Shown here one piece after another: positions 10,163 through 19,700 of a stretch of DNA of 60,897 bases. Source of the stretch: an uncultured Rickettsiales bacterium (GTDB lineage Bacteria > Pseudomonadota > Alphaproteobacteria > Rickettsiales > UBA1997); contig CALXSG010000005.1 of assembly GCA_944391075.1 (NCBI GenBank), positions 1 to 60,897 on the forward strand, in the 5' to 3' direction. The notes under the pieces are model-generated. The model was not told the origin of the DNA. It ran no database searches and saw nothing but the letters and a program-made list of their open reading frames with translations. Made by a program: the position numbers and the translations under genes. How positions within the stretch are numbered: position 1 is the stretch's first letter; each line of letters starts with the position of its first letter.

Positions 10163-11650
10163 TTATTCATCTTCTTCAAAATCTAAAGATAATTGATTCT
10201 TAACTTTTCCCTTATCAGCAATACTTATAATTTTATTAGCTGTTGATAACATATTACCTTTACCCATAGAAATGTAGTTTCTAGCTGACATATAAGCATC
10301 TTTTGCCTTATCTAAACTATCACCAATCTTTAACATATCCTGAGAAAATTTTTCAACTTTAGCATATAGTTTTTTAGACAAATCTATAATATCAGCAATA
10401 TACTTATTTTGATTTTCAATATTCCATAAGTGTTCAATCATTCTTAAAACTGGCATAAATGAAGATGTAGTAACTAATGCAACTTTATTTTTTGTGGCAA
10501 CATCAAATATATTTTTATCAAACTTTATTGCATCAATATAAGCGCCCTCAACAGCCACAAACATAAATACAAAATCAGGTGTATCATTTGCAACTTTTTT
10601 ATTATATTGCTTATAAACATTTTGATATTCTTTTGCACCCAATTCTTTAATATGATTTTTTATATCTTCACAATACATTTTTAAATATGAATTTTTTTCA
10701 TCTTGATTATTTGAATTAATATATTTTTCATAATTTACCATCGATACTTTTGAATCCACTATCAAAATTCTATCTTCCGGTAGTTTGATTAAAAAATCTA
10801 AAAAGAAATCTTTTCCATCTTCATTTTTAATATTATATTGTTTAAAAAAGCTAATATTTTCTTCTAGACCTGACATTTCAAGTAAATTTTGTAATTGAAA
10901 TTCTCCCCAATTTCCTTGTGCTTTTTTGTCACCTTTTAAGGCAGTAGCTAAATTATCAGCCTTTTTTCCAATATCATTTGTTGTGTTAACTAAATGTTTA
11001 ATATTTTCTTCAATCTTAATAGTATTAGCATTATTGCCATCTTGCACTTGTTGTATTTTTTCTTTAAATTCTTTTATATCTTTATTTAATGGAATTAATA
11101 AATGTCCCAAACTTTCATTTTGTTCTTTATTGAAACTTTCCTTTTGTTCCTTAATAATTTCATTAGAAATAACTTTAAATTGGTTTTTAATTTGTTCTTG
11201 CAATTGCATCAAATTTTCAATATTTTTCTTTTTTTCTTCCAACTCCGTAAAGTTTTTCTTATTTTCTATTTCTATTTCCTTCAACCTACTTTCAAGCTCA
11301 TTTTTAACTTTATTCTCAGCCTTCAACCTTTCATTTTCACCTTCTAAAAAACTATTTTGACTTTTTAAATTAGTAATACTTCCGTCTCTATTTTCAATAA
11401 CACCTTCTAACTCATCAATCCTCTTATCTTGTTCCTCCAACTTTTTCATCAAAGCAACATACTCCCCTTGCAACCTTGCATACTCTATTTGACAATTTTG
11501 CAACTCCTTTTCCTTACTCTTATACTCATCAGTCAACTCAGGGCTTTGCACCCCACCCCTAACCTGCTTATACATCACCACACACACAATGCACAATATC
11601 AAACACAAAATACTCAAAACAGCAACAACTAATGTCATACTTACACTCAC
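10163..11650 (-). CDS. rmuC: DNA recombination protein RmuC (GTG start)
   Basis: N-terminal TM segment, long coiled coil, then an RmuC-type nuclease region (GNWGEFQLQNLLEMSGL, PDFVFMFVAVEGAY). Confidence 0.85.
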   Translation of the reverse strand: MSVSMTLVVAVLSILCLILCIVCVVMYKQVRGGVQSPELTDEYKSKEKELQNCQIEYARLQGEYVALMKKLEEQDKRIDELEGVIENRDGSITNLKSQNSFLEGENERLKAENKVKNELESRLKEIEIENKKNFTELEEKKKNIENLMQLQEQIKNQFKVISNEIIKEQKESFNKEQNESLGHLLIPLNKDIKEFKEKIQQVQDGNNANTIKIEENIKHLVNTTNDIGKKADNLATALKGDKKAQGNWGEFQLQNLLEMSGLEENISFFKQYNIKNEDGKDFFLDFLIKLPEDRILIVDSKVSMVNYEKYINSNNQDEKNSYLKMYCEDIKNHIKELGAKEYQNVYKQYNKKVANDTPDFVFMFVAVEGAYIDAIKFDKNIFDVATKNKVALVTTSSFMPVLRMIEHLWNIENQNKYIADIIDLSKKLYAKVEKFSQDMLKIGDSLDKAKDAYMSARNYISMGKGNMLSTANKIISIADKGKVKNQLSLDFEEDE

Positions 11651-11714
11651 AATTTTATTCCACTATCACCATAATACCACCAACATTTTTATTTACAACA
11701 CAAAAACCTCACCA

Positions 11715-11770
11715 CCACAAAAAATTTTAATTCTATCACCACAAAATTTTTCCGGAAGTACAAAAAGTAA
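11715..11770 (-). repeat. Inverted-orientation copy of the ~55-bp TACTTCC motif family
   Basis: The - strand reads TTTTTGTACTTCCGGAAAAATTTTGTGGTGATAGAATTAAAATTTTTT. This aligns with the copies at 51561, 58993, 59261 and 59641. Confidence 0.55.
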
Positions 11771-11793
11771 AAAAATTTCAAATCGTAAAACTA

Positions 11794-11895
11794 GTAACGC
11801 ATTGACTATAAAAATAGATTCGCTAAAATAATTTATAGGATTTTTCTGAACAGTCATTTGTTATAGCTTGACTATAAAAATAGATTCGCTAAAAT
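11794..11895 (+). CRISPR. Two decayed CRISPR repeats (36 nt each) with one 30-nt spacer
   Basis: The units at 11794-11829 and 11860-11895 are 66 nt apart, the same period as the main array. The second starts with GTTATAGCTTG, the exact first 11 nt of the canonical repeat. The last 25 nt of both units are identical to each other. Confidence 0.65.
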
Positions 11896-12522
11896 AAAGA
11901 AAGTGAAGTTCCTAGTGAAGTTAAGAGAAAATTTAGAGATTTAGCTTTAAGTATACAAAAAACAGCTATACTAGAAGCATTAGAAATGGTAGAAGAATGA
12001 TATATAACGGATTAGAAATTAAAGGACACCAGAGTAAAAAAATAGAACAAGTAGTCCAATATTTTAAGAAAAATAATATTAATACTCTTAAAGATATAGA
12101 AGATATAAAGAGTAATAATGTTGAGGTGTTTAAGTTTTGGAATGAAACTGGAATAGATATAGAAAGTTTAGAGATAAGAAAATATATTAAACCTAGAACA
12201 GATTTTAGTTTTTACTGCCCTCAAAGTGAAATTATATATGAAGATATAGATATAGAAAAAACTTTGGGATTTAGAATAATTAAGTTTATAGTTAGTTTCT
12301 TTTTATTAATAGGAATGCTTGGTTATTTAATAATAATTTTTAGTATTAATATAGTTAGAATGATTTAAGGAGAAAATATGAGTAATAATGAAGAGAAGAC
12401 ATCTAGTTTAGATAAGTATATTAAAGAAGTTTGGAAAGATTATAGAGATAGTTTTGAAGAAGATGCTGCTAAAGAAGTAGGTATAGTAGTAGAGGATTAT
12501 GTAAGACACCCAGACACAGGCT
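11896..12522 (+). other. 627-bp coding fragment bounded on both sides by CRISPR repeats
   Basis: Three co-directional, tightly packed ORFs. The first has no start because its frame opens at the repeat boundary. The last runs into repeat 1. Confidence 0.6.
11997..12368 (+). CDS. Hypothetical small protein with a C-terminal TM helix
   Basis: 123-aa ORF. Its ATG overlaps the stop of the preceding truncated ORF (ATGA). No recognisable motif. Confidence 0.45.
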   Translation: MIYNGLEIKGHQSKKIEQVVQYFKKNNINTLKDIEDIKSNNVEVFKFWNETGIDIESLEIRKYIKPRTDFSFYCPQSEIIYEDIDIEKTLGFRIIKFIVSFFLLIGMLGYLIIIFSINIVRMI

Positions 12523-12542
12523 GTTATAGCTTGCGTTTTTAA
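12378..12542 (+). pseudogene. ORF truncated by the first CRISPR repeat
   Basis: An AAGGAG RBS lies 6 nt upstream of the ATG. The reading frame enters repeat 1 at 12523 and stops at a TAA inside the repeat. Confidence 0.5.
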
Positions 12543-15330
12543 TTTCCTATGTTAGAATGTAGGCGTGGTGTGAAAGTCAAGTTATTATGTTATAGCTTGC
12601 GTTTTTAATTTCCTATGTTAGAATTTAGAGTTTATAGTAACATTTAAAGCTTTTGTTATAGCTTGCGTTTTTAATTTCCTATGTTAGAATGGATATCTTC
12701 AACTGTAGCAGCAGTCGCGGGTTATAGCTTGCGTTTTTAATTTCCTATGTTAGAATTATCCTAAAAATGCGAATACAGGATTGTAAGTTATAGCTTGCGT
12801 TTTTAATTTCCTATGTTAGAATAAACCTCTGTAAGCCTCTATATCATTATAGGTTATAGCTTGCGTTTTTAATTTCCTATGTTAGAATAGCCCCAAAAGT
12901 GTTAGAACCAGTAGACAGGTTATAGCTTGCGTTTTTAATTTCCTATGTTAGAATTATTATGAATAAGTTTGAGACAATTAAAGAGTTATAGCTTGCGTTT
13001 TTAATTTCCTATGTTAGAATTCTGGTTGGAGTGTAGAAGATATAATTTTAGTTATAGCTTGCGTTTTTAATTTCCTATGTTAGAATGTAGGCTCTACAAT
13101 AGTCGTTAATAATTCAGTTATAGCTTGCGTTTTTAATTTCCTATGTTAGAATAGTTTTATAAAACGAGTTAGTAGTTTTTATGTTATAGCTTGCGTTTTT
13201 AATTTCCTATGTTAGAATTAGAATAACACTTGTTGCTCACCAAGTTAAGTTATAGCTTGCGTTTTTAATTTCCTATGTTAGAATATATATAAATTTTATA
13301 ATACATCAGATAATGTTATAGCTTGCGTTTTTAATTTCCTATGTTAGAATATTCCATAATTACGTGTTATACAATTTTTTGTTATAGCTTGCGTTTTTAA
13401 TTTCCTATGTTAGAATAAAATAGATTATGACCCGCAGATTAATATTGTTATAGCTTGCGTTTTTAATTTCCTATGTTAGAATAGTTCCACGGTTTACCGC
13501 CAGCGTAAACTGGTTATAGCTTGCGTTTTTAATTTCCTATGTTAGAATGAAGCAGGAGTAGAAGTAGTAGATGGTGTTGTTATAGCTTGCGTTTTTAATT
13601 TCCTATGTTAGAATGCAAATCCACTACAACTAGATAGTGTTTCTGTTATAGCTTGCGTTTTTAATTTCCTATGTTAGAATTAAAAATTTATTAATAAAAA
13701 AGGAGAAATAGTTATAGCTTGCGTTTTTAATTTCCTATGTTAGAATTTTTAGAAGTGATAAAACAGAAGCTAAATCGTTATAGCTTGCGTTTTTAATTTC
13801 CTATGTTAGAATTGCTCTTGTCTTAAAGAGTTAAACACTATAGTTATAGCTTGCGTTTTTAATTTCCTATGTTAGAATATAATATGAGCCAGTAAGAGCA
13901 CCAGCGAAGTTATAGCTTGCGTTTTTAATTTCCTATGTTAGAATTAATGAGGAAGCAAATAAGCAAATTGAGGCGTTATAGCTTGCGTTTTTAATTTCCT
14001 ATGTTAGAATAAATAAATTTTTATCAAGGCTTTACAAGCCGTTATAGCTTGCGTTTTTAATTTCCTATGTTAGAATAATAACAATCGGCACTCTTAATTT
14101 ACAGAAGTTATAGCTTGCGTTTTTAATTTCCTATGTTAGAATTAAGTAAATAAAAACTCGGGGTTTTGACACGTTATAGCTTGCGTTTTTAATTTCCTAT
14201 GTTAGAATCTTTATTTATTAATACTCTGCTTCAAATTCGTTATAGCTTGCGTTTTTAATTTCCTATGTTAGAATTATAATGAGGTAAAAAATGTCAAAAG
14301 AAAAGTTATAGCTTGCGTTTTTAATTTCCTATGTTAGAATTTACTTTTATGGTTGCGAGCAAGCAGCAAGGTTATAGCTTGCGTTTTTAATTTCCTATGT
14401 TAGAATATATATGTTGGAGATTCTAATGTATCTTTAGTTATAGCTTGCGTTTTTAATTTCCTATGTTAGAATTTAAACGATATAATTAAAGATGTAGACT
14501 TAGTTATAGCTTGCGTTTTTAATTTCCTATGTTAGAATAGACAGAGATAGAGTAATAGAACTTTATATGTTATAGCTTGCGTTTTTAATTTCCTATGTTA
14601 GAATTGATGATATAAATACAGAACGTGAACATCTGTTATAGCTTGCGTTTTTAATTTCCTATGTTAGAATTATTGTTTAAATAAATATCAATAAATATAA
14701 GTTATAGCTTGCGTTTTTAATTTCCTATGTTAGAATAATGGAAAGTTAGTATCAATAGAGCTACAAGTTATAGCTTGCGTTTTTAATTTCCTATGTTAGA
14801 ATAGAAGCAAGAAAAGCTGCTAAGGCTGCTAAGTTATAGCTTGCGTTTTTAATTTCCTATGTTAGAATCGCAAAAGTTGCTTGTATGTTATTTAATAAGT
14901 TATAGCTTGCGTTTTTAATTTCCTATGTTAGAATTGCACCAGTGTAGAAGTCAATTTTATGTGTGTTATAGCTTGCGTTTTTAATTTCCTATGTTAGAAT
15001 TACAAAGTAGTAATATAAATACAAGTACTTGTTATAGCTTGCGTTTTTAATTTCCTATGTTAGAATGGAAGTCTAATTGTTTCTGCTTCATCGTCTGTTA
15101 TAGCTTGCGTTTTTAATTTCCTATGTTAGAATTTAAACGATATAATTAAAGATGTAGATTTAGTTATAGCTTGCGTTTTTAATTTCCTATGTTAGAATCT
15201 TAATGAAATAATAAAAGATGTAGATTTAGTTATAGCTTGCGTTTTTAATTTCCTATGTTAGAATTTAAAATACGATATATACGTTTAAACAGTTGTTATA
15301 GCTTGCGTTTTTAATTTCCTATGTTAGAAT
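12523..15330 (+). CRISPR. CRISPR array: 43 repeats of 36 nt and 42 spacers of 30 nt
   Basis: Repeat GTTATAGCTTGCGTTTTTAATTTCCTATGTTAGAAT with an exact 66-nt period from 12523 to 15295. The strand is assigned from tracrRNA complementarity and the downstream terminator. Confidence 0.97.
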
Positions 15331-15342
15331 AGCAAGCTTTTT

Positions 15343-15379
15343 AGCCCTTGATAATCAAGGGCTTGTTTTGTATTTTTTT
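15343..15379 (+). terminator. Rho-independent terminator at the cas-proximal end of the array
   Basis: AGCCCTTGA-taa-TCAAGGGCT followed by TGTTTTGTATTTTTTT. The T tract is present on the + strand only. Confidence 0.7.
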
Positions 15380-15441
15380 AAAGAAAAAATGAGAATTTTT
15401 TAGAAAAATTTATAAAAATTTTTCATTTTTTTTGAAATTTA

Positions 15442-15774
15442 TTAAAATAATAAAAGTTGTTGTGGTCCAACTTTTTTCTCTTGTTTTGTTTGTTCTCCAA
15501 CTAAAATTTCCATACTGGCATATTGTTTTTCTGTAACTGTTAAAACTCTTATACTGCCATGTGGTGGTATTTGTTTTTTTATATTTTGCAAGTGAGTTTC
15601 TACATTACAATCATTTCTAATTATTCTAGAATAAACAGATAATTGCAACATTTGAAAGCCATCATTTAACAAAATTTTTCTAAATTTATTTGCCTGTTTC
15701 ATCATTTCTTTTGTTTTTACAGGCAAGTCAAAAAATACTATCATTCTCATAAATTTATCCCTTGTATAGTCCAT
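15442..15774 (-). CDS. cas2: CRISPR-associated endoribonuclease Cas2
   Basis: MRMIVFFDLPV... is typical of type II Cas2. The ATG at 15774 has a GAGG RBS; the ORF-track start at 15786 is a TTG. Confidence 0.85.
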   Translation of the reverse strand: MDYTRDKFMRMIVFFDLPVKTKEMMKQANKFRKILLNDGFQMLQLSVYSRIIRNDCNVETHLQNIKKQIPPHGSIRVLTVTEKQYASMEILVGEQTKQEKKVGPQQLLLF

Positions 15775-15782
15775 AAAATACC

Positions 15783-16685
15783 TCAAAATAATAAATCCTT
15801 AGGAAAAGTTGGTAAAATAAAATTTTTTGCTTCATTATTTTTTGTAATATTTAATAGATTTTCAGTTAATAATTGTGTAGCATACATCATATTATAATTT
15901 TGTCCGCCATAATTTACTTCATAAAAAATAATTTCTATTAGTTTTTGTTTATCTTCTATTGTGAGTGTGTCATCTTTATCATCAATGTCATATAATTTTT
16001 TTACTCTAAAATCTATAATTCCTCTAAATGGTTCTATTAAATCATCAGCTAAATTAAAAGAATTATACATATTACAATGATGCAAACCAAAACAAGTAAT
16101 AAAACCCAATGCAGATAAATTTTTTGCTATTAAACTTCTGGTAATCATATAAACATAATTTAAAGCAGAATTTACTTTTGTATTATCATGTCTTATAAAA
16201 TTATTATAATATACTTTCCAATATTCTTTTGCTGCTCTTCCTTCAATATTAGATGTATCACCCGATAAAACTTCTTTTGATAAACCAATCAAATATTTGT
16301 ATAAATTATTATTTATATTTTTTATACATAATGCTTGATTTTGTATTTTTTGTTGAACTATTTTTTGCCACAATCTTTTTTTAAAAGCTTCACTCCAATC
16401 TCTTTGTAAGAAGGCAGTTTCTGTATTTTTATAATATTGCATATATGGCAAAAAAATTCCATTTGGTGTATGTGAATTATCAGTAGTTAAAACAACAATT
16501 TTATTATTTGCAATTTCCGATAATAAATAACCAGTAATATTTATTTGTGGTGTATCTATTACAATAGCTCCTATATCTTCTAATGGAACTTGCAATTCCT
16601 CTTCATCTTGTGGTTGATAAACTAATTGATTATTTTTGTAAGATATTTTACAAGGTTTTGTAATTAAAATTATTCTCCAAGACAT
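15783..16685 (-). CDS. cas1: CRISPR-associated endonuclease Cas1 (type II)
   Basis: Starts MSWRIILI as type II Cas1 proteins do. The longer ORF-track start (16721) would lie inside the terminator hairpin. Confidence 0.9.
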   Translation of the reverse strand: MSWRIILITKPCKISYKNNQLVYQPQDEEELQVPLEDIGAIVIDTPQINITGYLLSEIANNKIVVLTTDNSHTPNGIFLPYMQYYKNTETAFLQRDWSEAFKKRLWQKIVQQKIQNQALCIKNINNNLYKYLIGLSKEVLSGDTSNIEGRAAKEYWKVYYNNFIRHDNTKVNSALNYVYMITRSLIAKNLSALGFITCFGLHHCNMYNSFNLADDLIEPFRGIIDFRVKKLYDIDDKDDTLTIEDKQKLIEIIFYEVNYGGQNYNMMYATQLLTENLLNITKNNEAKNFILPTFPKDLLF

Positions 16686-16704
16686 GTTAATTAAAAATTT
16701 ATTA

Positions 16705-16729
16705 ATAAAAAAGGCACTCAATAGTGCCT
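16705..16729 (-). terminator. Hairpin plus T tract between cas9 and cas1
   Basis: On the - strand: AGGCACT-attg-AGTGCCT followed by TTTTTT, 9 nt after the cas9 stop. Confidence 0.6.
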
Positions 16730-16737
16730 AATAAAAA

Positions 16738-19700
16738 TTAATTTTTTTGTTTTTTGCATTTTTTCTCAATTATACCTTGTCGCTTTTCTTGCTTTACTTC
16801 GTTTATATAACCTAATGGATCTACTTGAAATTTTTTTAAAGATATTATACTACCTAAAGATATTCTAACTTCTTTGTCATATTTATTGCCAACTAAATAT
16901 TTTTTACTTCTATCTAATGATTCTATTTTAATTGTATTAGCTTGACTTGCATCAAAAGAACAAAAATAACCAAAATATTGTTCGTTTTTCTTTGTTTTAA
17001 AATAAATCAACTCATCTTTATATAAACTAAAAACAAAATGTTTATTGTAAAATTTATCATCTTCTTTTTCTTCAATTGGAAAATCAATATTGTGTGGTTT
17101 TGATAAGGTTTGCAATTTATCTTTTACAAAATCGGCAATGTAAATTGGAACTGCATAATATTTGTTATCTTTGTAAAATATATCAACTCTTGGCATGCCA
17201 CCATTTTGAGCAATACCATTATTTACTTCAACTCCACCACCAGTATAATTAGAAACTAGTTTTACACTTTTAATTTGTGGAGTTTTATTTTCATCATATT
17301 CTCCATTTTTATTAGTCATATAAATAGGTTCTTTAAATGCTTTTTCAGCATCTCCATTAAATTTTTCTAATCTATTTTTCAATATATTATATAAATTTTT
17401 AGAAGCACCATCTTTATCTTGCAAATTTTCTATATTTTTTAATGTTAATTTTGATAATTTAGTTTTAGTATAAGTTATATTTTCTACTTTATCTAAACCA
17501 ATTATTGTTGCATTATGAGCTTCTCCTGTAATTTTTCTTCGCGGCATTCGTGAAACAATATTTTGACCCTTTTCTGGCAAACCAGTTGTTTCATTTGTTT
17601 TTGTTAAATTATTTACTTTTTTATCAACATCACTTACAAAATTTTCCCATATACCATTTAATTTACAATGCCCTTCTAATATATGTCTAGATTCAATTAA
17701 ATTATACCATTTGCTTTCTTCTTCTAATTCTTTAATTTTTTCTTCAATTTCTTCTGTTTTTGATAAAGATTTTAATTGATTTATTTTATCAAAAATTTCT
17801 TTTTGTTGTTGTTTCACATCTTCATTTCTTTGTGTAGCATGTAAAGCAGAAATCATTTGACACATTGATTGAGTAGCACAAGCAATAATAATAGCATCAA
17901 CTACATGATGTGTGTCGCCATCACTTCTAATTTTTTCACCTAAGCCCCATATATGTCTTAAATAAGATGTTAATTGTCCCGGTCTAACTTGAATTTTATT
18001 TTTTATTTTATCATTTTCTTTAAATTTTAAGCTTTTAGATAAATATTTTACTAAATATTTTGATATATAACTTGTATCACATAAATTTCTAGCTTTCCAT
18101 TTATCTACAAAATCATAACTTTCAGTTGTTAAATTTTTTCTTTTTATATATGGTAAACTTTGTATACTCCATATAATTTTTTTCCATTCTTCCCAATTGC
18201 TATCTTTTAAATATTCAAAAGGTATTCTGTTTTGTTTGTTTTGATTTTCTTTTGGTAAAACTAAAACTTTATTATTTAAAGAATCATCAAAACTTTTTGA
18301 ATAAGGTAAAATATGATCTATTTCACAACATTTATCATCAGTTAAAATTTCCCTTAAATCTGGTAATTTTTCTAATGGATTAGAATATAAACTTTTTCCT
18401 TCTTGTTGCTTGTATAGCCTTAATTTTAAAATTTGTTTATCAGTTATTACATCTTCATTTACATGTAATATTAAAGAAGCTTCTTTTTTTAATTCTTCTT
18501 TTAAATCTCTAAATTCTTTTTGACCTTTTTCAATTTTAATTCTTTCATCAGCTGATTTTCCTAAATCTCTTGTAAATTCTATATTTATTTGATCAAAATT
18601 TCCATATTTTCTAATAATTGCATTTATTACTTTTCTTGTTTGTGATAGAGTTCTTTTTACTACTGGATTTGTTAATTTAGCAATATCATTTTCTTTTGTA
18701 TATTCTTCTAATGTAGGCAAAAAATCTTGTTGATTGTTTTTTGAATCATCTTTAAATTCATATTTACACTCTAAACAAGCTTTATCATAAGTCAAACCTT
18801 TTTCTAAATATGGTAATAAATTTCTAATAGCTTTACAAGATATATGAATAAAATTACTAGTTTGAATATTTAAACATTTATCAATAATATCTTCTGGGAT
18901 ATTATGATCTTGCATATATTTTTTACTTTTTTCATCATTTTTTTCATATGACAAAGCTTCCATTATAATATCTATTATAAATGGTGAATCTTTATCCTTT
19001 TCTATATATTTTTTAAATTCATCATCATTTAATACATCTTTAACTTTATGATAACCAACCATTGAATATATTTTTACATTTTCTATATCATTTTTGCTTT
19101 TATATTTATATTCACCTTTATCATTTTTAAAAAATACTTTTCTAGCTTTATCTGGTTCTTCTATAAAAAAGCCTTCTAATTTATATTTTTCAATATTTTT
19201 TTTATCTGTATTAGATAATGTTAATTCTGTTGAATTTTTAGCTTTTTTAAATTCAACATATTCAGCTTGATAATAATCTAAACCTTTAAATTTATAATTA
19301 TCATCAAGTTTTAATTCTTTTCTAATGTCTTTATATTTTACTTCTTTTTTAGTTTTAAATAATTCTACTAAACTATTAAATTTTTTATTGTAATCAACAT
19401 CTTTTAGATCTAATACTTTTAAATTATTAATTTTTGTATAAACATTAAATAATTCAGCAGAATAAGATTCTTTTGGTGCTCTAAATTCACCTTTTTCAAA
19501 TAAACAAAAACCAACCATATCTTTGATTGATTTAGTTTCTTTTTCATAATTAAATAATTTTAAAACTTCATTTTCAAAATTATTATCTAATTTACTAAAA
19601 CCAAATTCTCTTTGTTTTTCAAAAATTCTTTTTATTTCAAATTCATTTTGACTTCTTCCAATACAATGATCATAATTTTGATGTTCGTTTATTATTTTTT

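Noticed and set aside
10926-11831. + strand ORFs antisense to rmuC and its leader (10926-11360, 11102-11347, 11429-11632, 11589-11831).
   Set aside because: The + strand here is nearly devoid of G, so TAG/TGA stops are rare and frames stay open by chance. The peptides are low-complexity and overlap a well-supported rmuC.
16686-16721. Longer starts suggested by the ORF track: cas1 at 16721, mod at 56501, the four-helix-bundle gene at TTG 27496 and cas2 at TTG 15786.
   Set aside because: The cas1 extension would run through the terminator hairpin, and family members start at MSWR. The mod ATG at 56441 has a perfect AAGGAG RBS, and the same start is preserved in the duplicated stub. ATG codons (with an RBS for cas2) exist a few codons downstream for the other two.
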